Virus record (IMG/VR): IMGVR_UViG_3300047157_000197
Span: 186,001-250,000 of that record
Length of the DNA: 64,000 bases
Reading direction: 5' to 3' (one strand)
Below are positions 9,829-18,691 of this stretch, piece by piece. The notes beneath the pieces are model-generated. The model was not told the DNA's origin, made no database searches, and saw only the letters and a list, made by a program, of their open reading frames with translations. Numbering within the stretch: position 1 is the stretch's first letter; every line of letters begins with the position of its first letter. The translations under genes and the position numbers were made by a program.

Positions 9829-9842
9829 ATACTTATACAAAG

Positions 9843-9980
9843 ATGAGTGAAACTTATATTATAAATTTTACAAATTACAAAGATAACAACTATTTTACAA
9901 ACTCTACAGCAACCGCTGATAGAGTAACTTTCTATAAAACAGATACTATTAATTTTAATAAAAACGAATGTCCTTCTTAG
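9843..9980 (+). CDS. possible 45-aa leader ORF upstream of the TonB receptor
   Basis: MSETYIINFTNYKDNNYF...NECPS*, follows a TACTTATA motif at 9830. Confidence 0.3.
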   Translation: MSETYIINFTNYKDNNYFTNSTATADRVTFYKTDTINFNKNECPS

Positions 9981-10019
9981 TAACAGGACATAAAATACCT
10001 AATAGGTATAGGTTACTAA
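9968..10019 (+). promoter_or_regulatory. candidate structured RNA leader (two hairpins plus pseudoknot)
   Basis: ATGTCCT/AGGACAT stem; ATACCT/AGGTAT stem; loop TTAGTAAC complementary to GTTACTAA at 10012-10019. Confidence 0.45.
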
Positions 10020-10050
10020 AATTTAACTTAATTAATTAAAAACAATTATT

Positions 10051-12759
10051 ATGAGAAAACTATTATTAGTTGGATTGATGCTCTTAATGAGTATCACTAC
10101 TTTTGCACAAATTAGTGGAAAAGTAATTGACAGCGAAACTAATGACCCTCTACCAGGAGCAACCATTATCGTTCAAGGAACGGCGGATGGAACTGTAACT
10201 GGTTTTGATGGAACATTTAGTATCGATGTTGAAGAAGGAACAATTCTTATTGTTTCTTACTTGGGTTATGAAACTGCTGAAATTTCAGCTGGTATTGATT
10301 CGGATATTATAGGATTATATCCTGATTTGAATCAACTAGGTGAAGTAGTAGTAACTTCTGGTGTAATTGATATTGCAAAGGTAAGAACAACTCCGGTTGC
10401 TGTATCTACAATTTCACCTGCAGAAATTGCTTTAAAAGTAGGTAACCAAGAGTTTCCTGAAATCATGAACAAAACTCCAGGAGTTTACGCTACCAAACAA
10501 GGTGGTGGTTATGGTGATTCAAGAATCTCTTTAAGAGGATTCGACCAAAGAAACACATCATTCCTTATCAATGGGCAACCAGTAAATGATATGGAAAATG
10601 GATGGGTATATTGGTCTAACTGGCAAGGTTTAACAGATGTTGCGAGTGGAATCCAATTACAAAGAGGCCTTGGTGCTTCAAGATTAGCAGTACCATCAGT
10701 AGGTGGTACTGTTTCTATTTTTACAAAGGCTGCAGAAGCTAAAAAGGGCTCATCTATACAACAATCAGTTGGTAACGATGGATACTTTAAAACTACTGCA
10801 GCAGTATCAACAGGATTAAATGATAATGGGTGGGCTACATCTGTGTTACTTTCTAAGTGGCAAGGTGATGGTTATATCTATAACACAAAAGGAGAGGGTT
10901 ACACTTACTTCTTTGCGTTAGGATATGCACCTGAAGATTCAGACCATTCTGTTAACTTTTCTTTCTTAGGTGCTGGACAATGGCATCATCAAAGAGATGT
11001 ATGGGTTTCTATTAGAGATTACCAAAACTTTGGTAGTGAAGGAATCGATAGAAGATGGAATTCCAATGGTGGTGTTTTAAATGGTGAAGAATTCTCAATG
11101 AGAAGAAACTTCTATAACAAACCATTAGCAACATTAAATTGGGATTGGGAAATCAACGATAACCTTAAACTAGCTACATCATTATATGGTTCAGCTGGTA
11201 GAGGTGGTGGAACAGGACCAAGAGGTAGAAATTACTACAACTCGGAAACTGATATCTTACCTTTCAGAAAAGACCTTACAGAACACTACTTAGAAAATGG
11301 TAGAGGTTCAAGAACTCCTGAAGGATTTATTGATTTTGATGCAGTTGTTGCATTTAACCAATCAAACACAGACCCATATAGTGGTGATTTACCATTTGCT
11401 GGTCAGTTAATTGGTTCTAATGGATTCCAAGATGATGGTGTTAATAGAAGTGCACTTGTAAGAAGAGCATCTATGAACTCTCATGACTGGGTTGGAGCAA
11501 TTTCTAACTTAGAATATGAAAGTGGTGATTGGAAATACTCAATAGGAGTAGATTTAAGAAACTACACAGGTTATCATTATAGAACTATAAATAACCTAAT
11601 GGGATTAGATGGATATTACTCAACGGGTAATAAGAATTCTGCTGGTCAGATTATCAACACTACAATCGAAGCTTCTCCGTTCAATGATACAGGTATCAGA
11701 GGACCGAAGATAGATTATTATAATGTTGGTAAAGTTGGATGGCAAGGATTAAATGGTTTAGTTGAATATAACAACGAAACTATTTCAGCTGTATTACAAG
11801 TAGGTGGTTCTAATCAATCTTTCCAAAGAATTGATTACTTTGACCAACCAGGTAATCCAGAATCAGATACTAAGAATGTAGATGGTGGATACATCAAAGG
11901 TGGTGCAAACTACAATATTGATGAGAAACAAAACGTATTCTTTAATGCTGGTGTGATTTCAAGACAACCACAATTCGGTGCTGTATTCCCTAACTATGGA
12001 AATGCAATCAACGAAGATTTACAAAACGAAGAAATTAAATCATTCGAATTAGGATATGGTTTCATTGGTAGTAACTTTAAAGTTAATGTTAATGCATATT
12101 CAACAGTATGGGGTAATAGATTCGTTCAAAGAAGTTTATCTAACCAACAAGGTGTAGATGGTTCAGCTCAATTTAAAGATATCGATGTATCACACAAAGG
12201 TATTGAAATTGAAACTTCTTATAACCCAACAGATAAGTTGAGATTAAAAGGTATGTTATCAATCGGTGATTGGAAATATACTAAAGATTTCGATGCAGAA
12301 TTATTTGATGATAATCAACAATCAATCGGTACAGGTACATTATACCTAAAAGATGCTAAGGTAGGAGATGCTGCTCAGTTCACATCTTACTTCGAGGCGG
12401 ATTACCAAGTATTCGATAAACTAAGAGTTGATTTAGGATATAGATTTGTTGATGGATTATATGCTGATTATTCAATTACAGATTCAGAATTTACTCAACC
12501 TGGTAACAAGGGAGCTTTAAAATTACCATCTTATGGATTGGCTGATTTAGGAGCAACTTACAGATTTGATTTATTCGGAAATAGTAGTTCGTTTAGAGTT
12601 AATGTAAATAACTTGTTTGATACTTACTACATAGCAGAATCTAATACTAATATTCATGCTGGAGATGCTTCAGAAACATGGAATGGTGTAGATACAAGAA
12701 ACTCAGTATGGTTCGGATTCGGACGTACTTTCAATGCTTCTCTAAAAGTAAGATTCTAA
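10051..12759 (+). CDS. TonB-dependent outer-membrane receptor
   Basis: signal peptide ending TFA-Q; CarboxypepD_reg-like N-domain (ISGKVIDSETNDPLPGATI); plug (EVVVT, SLRGF, LINGQP); barrel with NNLFD..Y and terminal Phe. Confidence 0.93.
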   Translation: MRKLLLVGLMLLMSITTFAQISGKVIDSETNDPLPGATIIVQGTADGTVTGFDGTFSIDVEEGTILIVSYLGYETAEISAGIDSDIIGLYPDLNQLGEVVVTSGVIDIAKVRTTPVAVSTISPAEIALKVGNQEFPEIMNKTPGVYATKQGGGYGDSRISLRGFDQRNTSFLINGQPVNDMENGWVYWSNWQGLTDVASGIQLQRGLGASRLAVPSVGGTVSIFTKAAEAKKGSSIQQSVGNDGYFKTTAAVSTGLNDNGWATSVLLSKWQGDGYIYNTKGEGYTYFFALGYAPEDSDHSVNFSFLGAGQWHHQRDVWVSIRDYQNFGSEGIDRRWNSNGGVLNGEEFSMRRNFYNKPLATLNWDWEINDNLKLATSLYGSAGRGGGTGPRGRNYYNSETDILPFRKDLTEHYLENGRGSRTPEGFIDFDAVVAFNQSNTDPYSGDLPFAGQLIGSNGFQDDGVNRSALVRRASMNSHDWVGAISNLEYESGDWKYSIGVDLRNYTGYHYRTINNLMGLDGYYSTGNKNSAGQIINTTIEASPFNDTGIRGPKIDYYNVGKVGWQGLNGLVEYNNETISAVLQVGGSNQSFQRIDYFDQPGNPESDTKNVDGGYIKGGANYNIDEKQNVFFNAGVISRQPQFGAVFPNYGNAINEDLQNEEIKSFELGYGFIGSNFKVNVNAYSTVWGNRFVQRSLSNQQGVDGSAQFKDIDVSHKGIEIETSYNPTDKLRLKGMLSIGDWKYTKDFDAELFDDNQQSIGTGTLYLKDAKVGDAAQFTSYFEADYQVFDKLRVDLGYRFVDGLYADYSITDSEFTQPGNKGALKLPSYGLADLGATYRFDLFGNSSSFRVNVNNLFDTYYIAESNTNIHAGDASETWNGVDTRNSVWFGFGRTFNASLKVRF

Positions 12760-12771
12760 AACTTATAAAAT

Positions 12772-12800
12772 AAGGGGGATTAATTTCCCCCTTTTTTATT
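12772..12800 (+). terminator. rho-independent terminator
   Basis: AAGGGGGA-ttaatt-TCCCCCTT followed by a T run. Confidence 0.85.
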
Positions 12801-12826
12801 ATCACAAGTTTCATAAAAATTAAAAA

Positions 12827-13372
12827 ATGAGTAAATTAATAAACCTCTTCGGTGGACCTGGTATTGGGAAATCCTCAATAGCAAATGGTATCACTTACAA
12901 ACTCAAAAAGAAACATATAAGTTGTAACAATCCTTATGAATTCCCAAAGAAATTAGCTTGGGACCAAAACATACCAGCAATATCAGACCAACTTTATGTA
13001 TTTGCAAACCAACATAGAGGAATAGCAGAATGTTATGGTAAAGTAGATTATATAGTGATTGATTCACCAATTATGTTTTCTACAATTTATCATAGATATT
13101 ATACAAAAGGATATCCTGCTGAATTTTATGGAGAACCTTTCCATAATTTAGTTATTGATTTACATAGAAAATATGATAGTATCAATATCTTATTAGAACG
13201 AGGTGAAACAATACACAATGATGATGAACGATTCCAAGATTATCAGCAATCACTAGAAATTGATAAATTGTGTAAAAAAATATTAGAAGAAAACAAAATT
13301 CCTTACCATACAATTAAGGTTGATGGTAAAACAGTAAAAAAAGTTATGAAATTATTAGGAAATACCAAATAA
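12827..13372 (+). CDS. P-loop kinase/ATPase (NadR/AAA_28-like), possible nucleotide kinase
   Basis: INLFGGPGIGKS Walker A, YIVIDSP, ERFQ. Confidence 0.7.
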   Translation: MSKLINLFGGPGIGKSSIANGITYKLKKKHISCNNPYEFPKKLAWDQNIPAISDQLYVFANQHRGIAECYGKVDYIVIDSPIMFSTIYHRYYTKGYPAEFYGEPFHNLVIDLHRKYDSINILLERGETIHNDDERFQDYQQSLEIDKLCKKILEENKIPYHTIKVDGKTVKKVMKLLGNTK

Positions 13373-13386
13373 ATTTCGTATATTTG
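13355..13386 (+). promoter_or_regulatory. Bacteroidota-type promoter
   Basis: TTAG-N20-TATATTTG; 42-bp identity with the promoter at 54-95. Confidence 0.8.
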
Positions 13387-13409
13387 TATAACAAATAAAA
13401 ATAGATAAA

Positions 13410-13625
13410 ATGGCAAACTTACAAGAAATCGCAAAAAAGTTTAGAATCTCAGATAATTTTCTAAATTCAAAAGAAGATGGGTTACTAATAGTAGCATCAT
13501 CATTACAAGACATTATAGGAGAAATGAACTCTGGTCAAATAGACAGAAACAAGAAAGAATCTCTAATAGAAAAATTAGAAAGATTAACATCATTTTGTAA
13601 AGAAGTAAAAAACTCTACATTCTAA
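13410..13625 (+). CDS. hypothetical protein
   Basis: 71-aa ORF after promoter. Confidence 0.6.
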   Translation: MANLQEIAKKFRISDNFLNSKEDGLLIVASSLQDIIGEMNSGQIDRNKKESLIEKLERLTSFCKEVKNSTF

Positions 13626-13626
13626 A

Positions 13627-14577
13627 ATGGCATTTTTCGAGGATAATAACACAACTAAGAAGGTAAACAACTCTCTATGGGTAGAGAAGTATAGACCGTC
13701 TAAACTAACAGAATACGTTGGTAATGAACATTTAAAGGATAAGGTAAAGGATTATCTTGAAAGTGGAGAAATCCCTCATCTTTTATTCTTCGGTAAAGCT
13801 GGAACAGGTAAAACAACTCTAGCTAAGTTAATTGTAAATTCAATTGATTGTGACCATATCATTATAAATGCATCTGATGAAAACAATGTAGATACAGTTC
13901 GTAATAAAGTAAAGGGATTTGCTTCAACTGTTGGTTTCAAAGATATGAAAATAATCATACTTGATGAGTTTGATTATATGACACCAAACGCACAGGCAAT
14001 CCTAAGAAACTTAATGGAAACGTTTTCAAGACATTGTAGATTTATCCTAACTTGTAATTATGTTGAGAAAGTAATCTCACCAATTAGAAGTAGAACACAA
14101 GAGTTTCAGATTGTACCTCCAACTAAAAAAGATGTTGCAATCCAAATCTCACAGATTTTAGGTAAAGAAGTTGTAAGTTTTCAACCAAAAGACCTTGTAC
14201 CTATCATTGATAGTTCATATCCTGATATTAGAAAGATTATTAATACTTGTCAGTTAAATTCATCTAAAGGACAGCTAAAACTTGATACAACCTCTGTAAT
14301 TGATTCTGATTTAAAATCAAAGGTAGTTGAGATTATTAAGGGAAATGATTCCAAACCTAACAAGTGGAAAAATATTAGACAAGCAGTTGCTGATTCTCGT
14401 ACACAAGATTTCACAGAACTTTATACATTCTTATATGAAAAGGTAGATGAGTATGGTGGTTCAAATACATCTAATATAATATTAATCTTATCAGAATCAC
14501 AACACAAAGATGCATTAGTAGTAGATAAAGAAATTACTTTTATGTCTTGTATAATTCAAATAATAGGAATACTGTAA
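13627..14577 (+). CDS. clamp loader AAA+ subunit (gp44/RFC-like)
   Basis: LWVEKYRP, GKAGTGKT, INASD, IILDEFD, SR sensor. Confidence 0.95.
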   Translation: MAFFEDNNTTKKVNNSLWVEKYRPSKLTEYVGNEHLKDKVKDYLESGEIPHLLFFGKAGTGKTTLAKLIVNSIDCDHIIINASDENNVDTVRNKVKGFASTVGFKDMKIIILDEFDYMTPNAQAILRNLMETFSRHCRFILTCNYVEKVISPIRSRTQEFQIVPPTKKDVAIQISQILGKEVVSFQPKDLVPIIDSSYPDIRKIINTCQLNSSKGQLKLDTTSVIDSDLKSKVVEIIKGNDSKPNKWKNIRQAVADSRTQDFTELYTFLYEKVDEYGGSNTSNIILILSESQHKDALVVDKEITFMSCIIQIIGIL

Positions 14578-14588
14578 CTATATAAATT

Positions 14589-14807
14589 ATGAAGTACGAC
14601 CATGATAATCCACTTACTGAAGAAGCATTAGAAATATTAGGAAAAGAAGATTTCGATTCTTTTCTTGAATATCTTGATGGAATGTCAGAGTATAAGAAAA
14701 GAAAAAAAAATCCAAGAGTACAAGAACATAAAGAAAAAAAACGAGAAGTTCTTAGAAAAACTGGTATAACAAAAATTAAAACAAATCGTGACCAATGGTT
14801 CGATTAA
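14589..14807 (+). CDS. hypothetical protein
   Basis: 72-aa ORF within the operon. Confidence 0.55.
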   Translation: MKYDHDNPLTEEALEILGKEDFDSFLEYLDGMSEYKKRKKNPRVQEHKEKKREVLRKTGITKIKTNRDQWFD

Positions 14808-14818
14808 ATAAATAAATT

Positions 14819-15085
14819 ATGGCAAAAATAGTAGGAATGAATGGTGGTAATCAACCACATCAACAACCAAAAGTAGACTTAAAACAAGCTAAAGAAATGG
14901 TTTGTACAAGTGGTGAATGTGATGGAAGTGTATTCATACAAGGAACTAAATTTCTGAAGTTATCAAAGATAGCAACAGGACAACCTAAAGATGCAATCAT
15001 ACCAGTAGAATTATATCTATGTGGGGATTGTGGTGAAATAAACTCAGATTTATTACCTGATGAGTTAAAACCAATTATATCATAA
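14819..15085 (+). CDS. small zinc-ribbon protein
   Basis: CTSGEC...CGDC. Confidence 0.55.
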   Translation: MAKIVGMNGGNQPHQQPKVDLKQAKEMVCTSGECDGSVFIQGTKFLKLSKIATGQPKDAIIPVELYLCGDCGEINSDLLPDELKPIIS

Positions 15086-15086
15086 A

Positions 15087-15536
15087 ATGGCTAAATCTTT
15101 ATTTGACCACATAAAGGCAGTAACACAATTTCAAGACCCAAAGTATTGGGATAAACTTGAAGATAGTGATAAGAAAACTTGGAGTAACTATATGGTACAT
15201 CGTTTTCTTTCTATGAATTCCGATTGGATACAAGTTCTTTCTGAGATACAACCATATACTCAAACATTAGAACCTAAGCAGTTATATCTTGCCTTAATTG
15301 GATTAATTCCAAAAGGTAGGTATTATTTAAAATATACTAAAGGAAAGCGAGAAACTAAATATGAAAGTTTTTTATTAGAACTGATTATTCAAGATTTTCA
15401 ATGTTCTTCATTAGAAGCGTTTGATTATTGTGAAATCCTTTATTCAACAAAAGAAGGTAGAGAAAATATCAAATATATGTGTGAGAAATATGGTATTGAT
15501 AAAAAACAAATTACAAAATTAAAATTAAAGGTATGA
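15087..15536 (+). CDS. clamp loader small subunit (gp62-like)
   Basis: LFDHIKAV...NYMVHRFLSM...IPKGRYYLKY pattern; near the gp44-like gene. Confidence 0.7.
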   Translation: MAKSLFDHIKAVTQFQDPKYWDKLEDSDKKTWSNYMVHRFLSMNSDWIQVLSEIQPYTQTLEPKQLYLALIGLIPKGRYYLKYTKGKRETKYESFLLELIIQDFQCSSLEAFDYCEILYSTKEGRENIKYMCEKYGIDKKQITKLKLKV

Positions 15537-16780
15537 GTTCAACCTATTGTAAGTTACCTTTTTTACATTTATACTCTCAACCAGATGGTGAATTAAAACC
15601 TTGTTGTATTGCAGGAGGTTTTGAAGAATCAGTTAATCTGAAAAAAATGAGTATAGAATCTGCTTTTAACTCATCTCAAATGAAAGAGTTAAGAAAAGAT
15701 ATGATAAATGGTAAACGAAACAAAGTTTGTGATGTATGTTATAAAAGAGAAGATAGTACAGGTCATTCCCCAAGAATAGATTTTAATAATAATCCACTTT
15801 GGATACAACCAAAATTAGAAGAAGATTATTCAGTTCCTTCCGATTTTCAACACATTGATATTAGATTTTCTAATTTATGTAATTTTAAATGTAGAATGTG
15901 TAATCATGATTTTTCATCTAATTGGTATGATGATTTTAAAAAATTAAAACCAAATGATGGTATTGAAAAAAAATCAAGAGTACTAAAAGTTACCGAAACC
16001 ATTGTTGAAGATTTAATCCCTCATTTAAGTAACATTAAAAGTTTCTACTTTGCAGGTGGAGAACCTCTAATAATGCCAGAACATTATAAGATTTTAAGAC
16101 ATCTATATGATACAATGAAACCGTATCAGATGTTAATTAATGGGAAACAAAAGAAAGTAAGAAATTTATCAATACATTATAATACTAATTTATCAGTAAT
16201 AAAATACGATGAACAAAGTTTAATTGATTTGTGGCAAGGATTTAGTAGAGTTTATTTATCTATATCATGTGATGGTGTTAATGAGGTAGGAGAATATCAG
16301 AGAACGGGTTTTAATACTAAAAGGTTTGATGATAATTTAGAAATAATAAAAAAGTATGCAGAACCAAAAGCTGTTTACAAAGGTGGAGTGGGTTTAATGT
16401 ATGGGTTTCAATATACAACTACTATAATGAATGTATATCATATATTTGATTTTATAGATTATATGTTAGAAAAAAACCACATAACTTCACCAGAACAAAT
16501 TGATTTCTATTACGCATGGTCTCCACTAGAATTTTCATTATCTCAAATATCAGATGAGGAAAAAGAAAAAATCACAACTTTTATAAATAAAAATAAAGAA
16601 AAATATACTGAAAAAACTCAAAATGAACTAAATGGAATCATAGAATTTATGAGTTCAAATATGGTAGTAAATGATGCAGAGGTATCTGAGTTAATGAGGT
16701 ATGATTATATAAAAGGAATTGAAGAATTACAAGGTGGTAACTTTGAAGATATATCTCCTGTAAAAATAACCTCACAATAA
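15533..16780 (+). CDS. radical SAM protein with N-terminal SPASM/twitch-like domain
   Basis: CKLPF...PCC; CNFKCRMC; FAGGEP; YNTN. Confidence 0.88.
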   Translation: MSSTYCKLPFLHLYSQPDGELKPCCIAGGFEESVNLKKMSIESAFNSSQMKELRKDMINGKRNKVCDVCYKREDSTGHSPRIDFNNNPLWIQPKLEEDYSVPSDFQHIDIRFSNLCNFKCRMCNHDFSSNWYDDFKKLKPNDGIEKKSRVLKVTETIVEDLIPHLSNIKSFYFAGGEPLIMPEHYKILRHLYDTMKPYQMLINGKQKKVRNLSIHYNTNLSVIKYDEQSLIDLWQGFSRVYLSISCDGVNEVGEYQRTGFNTKRFDDNLEIIKKYAEPKAVYKGGVGLMYGFQYTTTIMNVYHIFDFIDYMLEKNHITSPEQIDFYYAWSPLEFSLSQISDEEKEKITTFINKNKEKYTEKTQNELNGIIEFMSSNMVVNDAEVSELMRYDYIKGIEELQGGNFEDISPVKITSQ

Positions 16781-16812
16781 TTAGGATTTCTCATTTATTT
16801 TTCGTATATTTA
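16781..16812 (+). promoter_or_regulatory. Bacteroidota-type promoter variant
   Basis: TTAG-N20-TATATTTA. Confidence 0.65.
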
Positions 16813-16835
16813 CATAGTAAATAAAACATAAAAGT

Positions 16836-17693
16836 ATGGCAAGAGTAAGTTATTCACAGTATGGTATGTATAGTTCATGCCAACAACAATACAAATTAAA
16901 TTATATAGATAAGTTGGGTATTAGTAATGCTAATATTCATCTTATTTTTGGTTCTGCAATGCACGAAGTAGTACAACATTTCTTAGATGTAATGTATAAT
17001 GTTACTAAAAAACAGGCATTACAACTAAACCTAGAAGAGATGTTACATTCTAAACTTGTAGAACATTTCATGAAGTACAAAGATAAGATGGGTGAAGATG
17101 ACCCATGTACCCAAGCAGAACTTGGTGAGTTCTTTGAAGATGGTAAGAAAATCTTAAAATACTTCACAAGTAAATTAGATAAGTTATACACTAAAAGTGG
17201 ATTTGAACTCATAGCAATAGAACAGAGATTGAATGCTGAGATTAAACCTGGTGTTAACTTCATTGGTTTTATTGATGTACTTTTAAAAGATAAAGTTAAA
17301 GATGAATACATTATCATTGATTTAAAAACTGCTACAAGAGGTTGGAGTAAGTATCAAAAGAATGATAAGGTTAAAACATCACAGATGTTACTATATAAGA
17401 AGTTCTATTCTGAAAAGTATAACATACCTTTAAACAAAATTAAAGTAGAATATCAGATACTTAAACGAAAGATTGCAGAAGGATTGGATTATCCAATACC
17501 AAGAATATCTAAGTTCGTTCCTGCAAATGGTACTCCATCTATGAATATGGCTTGGAAAAACTTTATGGGATTTGTTGATTCTGTATTTGGTGAGAATGGT
17601 GAGATAATACAAACCGAGTTTCCTACTAATAAAGGTAAACCTTGTGATTGGTGTGAGTTCAAACAACGAGGATTGTGTTCTGCATGGACTTAA
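16836..17693 (+). CDS. PD-(D/E)XK exonuclease (AddB/Cas4-like, Fe-S)
   Basis: SYSQ..C, FGSAMH, GFIDV, IIDLKT, QMLLY, C-terminal CDWC...C. Confidence 0.88.
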   Translation: MARVSYSQYGMYSSCQQQYKLNYIDKLGISNANIHLIFGSAMHEVVQHFLDVMYNVTKKQALQLNLEEMLHSKLVEHFMKYKDKMGEDDPCTQAELGEFFEDGKKILKYFTSKLDKLYTKSGFELIAIEQRLNAEIKPGVNFIGFIDVLLKDKVKDEYIIIDLKTATRGWSKYQKNDKVKTSQMLLYKKFYSEKYNIPLNKIKVEYQILKRKIAEGLDYPIPRISKFVPANGTPSMNMAWKNFMGFVDSVFGENGEIIQTEFPTNKGKPCDWCEFKQRGLCSAWT

Positions 17694-17703
17694 AATAAAA
17701 TAG

Positions 17704-18267
17704 ATGTTACATCAAAAGGTTTTATTTACTAAAGAAGAGATTCACAAAATTCGTGGATATGTTACTAAACTAGAAGATAGAGTTATTGGTACATATCATC
17801 CTGATATAAATGATGGAAAACATAATCCAAATGGAGGTCATAATTTAGCAGAACATCTATCTTGGAATTCTTCAAACAACTATGATTGGATAAATAAAAG
17901 AATATTAAATTGGGTTACTGAGTTAAATTTACCGATTGTAAATTTAGGTTGGGAGTTTATTGTTCAAAAATATCCAAAAGGATTTGAATTTAAACCACAT
18001 ATAGATGATGTTACAAAAGGAGATGGTACTGAATTTGCTAGAAAGCGATATTATACAATTTTAATACAATTTGGCTCACTTGATGAATATAGTGGTGGTG
18101 AATTATGGGTTAATGATGAAAAGGATATATTTATTAATCAAGAAATTGGTAATGTATCTATTTTCGGAAATGCTCAAGTACATTGGGTTACTCCAATAGA
18201 ATCAGGTGAAAGGTGGAGTTGTACTATATTTTTAGAAAAAGATGCATTGAAAAAAAGTATCATCTAA
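17704..18267 (+). CDS. 2OG-Fe(II) oxygenase
   Basis: HID, GGEL, HWVTPIESGERWS. Confidence 0.85.
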   Translation: MLHQKVLFTKEEIHKIRGYVTKLEDRVIGTYHPDINDGKHNPNGGHNLAEHLSWNSSNNYDWINKRILNWVTELNLPIVNLGWEFIVQKYPKGFEFKPHIDDVTKGDGTEFARKRYYTILIQFGSLDEYSGGELWVNDEKDIFINQEIGNVSIFGNAQVHWVTPIESGERWSCTIFLEKDALKKSII

Positions 18268-18324
18268 CTCCTGTTTTATATATATTCATATATTTATATG
18301 TAATAACAATTAAAAAGGAGAGTT

Positions 18325-18519
18325 ATGGCAAATACAAAATTAACAACAGTAAAAATTATTAAAGATATTTATTCAAAGTTTAAAAGAATTTCATTCGATT
18401 CGAACATTACATTACAAAAATTAGTAAATCGTTCAGTAGATAAATACATTGAAGATGATTCATTTAGAGCAGAGATTAATGATTATCAAAATTTAAAAGA
18501 AAGCGGTTCCGCTTTCTAA
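18325..18519 (+). CDS. ribbon-helix-helix-like DNA-binding protein
   Basis: KLTTVKI strand followed by two predicted helices (TLQKLVNRSV). Confidence 0.5.
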   Translation: MANTKLTTVKIIKDIYSKFKRISFDSNITLQKLVNRSVDKYIEDDSFRAEINDYQNLKESGSAF

Positions 18520-18536
18520 AAAAAGAAAAAAACAAA

Positions 18537-18671
18537 ATGAGTTCAAATGCAAGTGGTCCACAATTAAATTCACTGAGAAACAATTTCAATGAGTTAGTTT
18601 CTAAAAAGAAAATGGTGGGTAGTACAAAAAGAGTTATCTGGCAATCTAAGAGAAGATTCGGAAACATCTAA
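18537..18671 (+). CDS. small basic hypothetical protein (44 aa, not in ORF track)
   Basis: MSSNASGPQLNSLRNNFNELVSKKKMVGSTKRVIWQSKRRFGNI* fills the intergenic gap. Confidence 0.45.
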   Translation: MSSNASGPQLNSLRNNFNELVSKKKMVGSTKRVIWQSKRRFGNI

Positions 18672-18691
18672 AATTTTTAAAATAAAGGTTA

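Noticed and set aside
9830-10050. Cobalamin or TPP riboswitch upstream of the TonB receptor
   Set aside because: No B12 box or TPP consensus visible; only the unclassified pseudoknot reported above.
16836-17693. Cas4 as evidence of a CRISPR system
   Set aside because: Stand-alone Cas4/AddB-like nucleases are common in phage replication regions; no cas1/cas2 or array seen.
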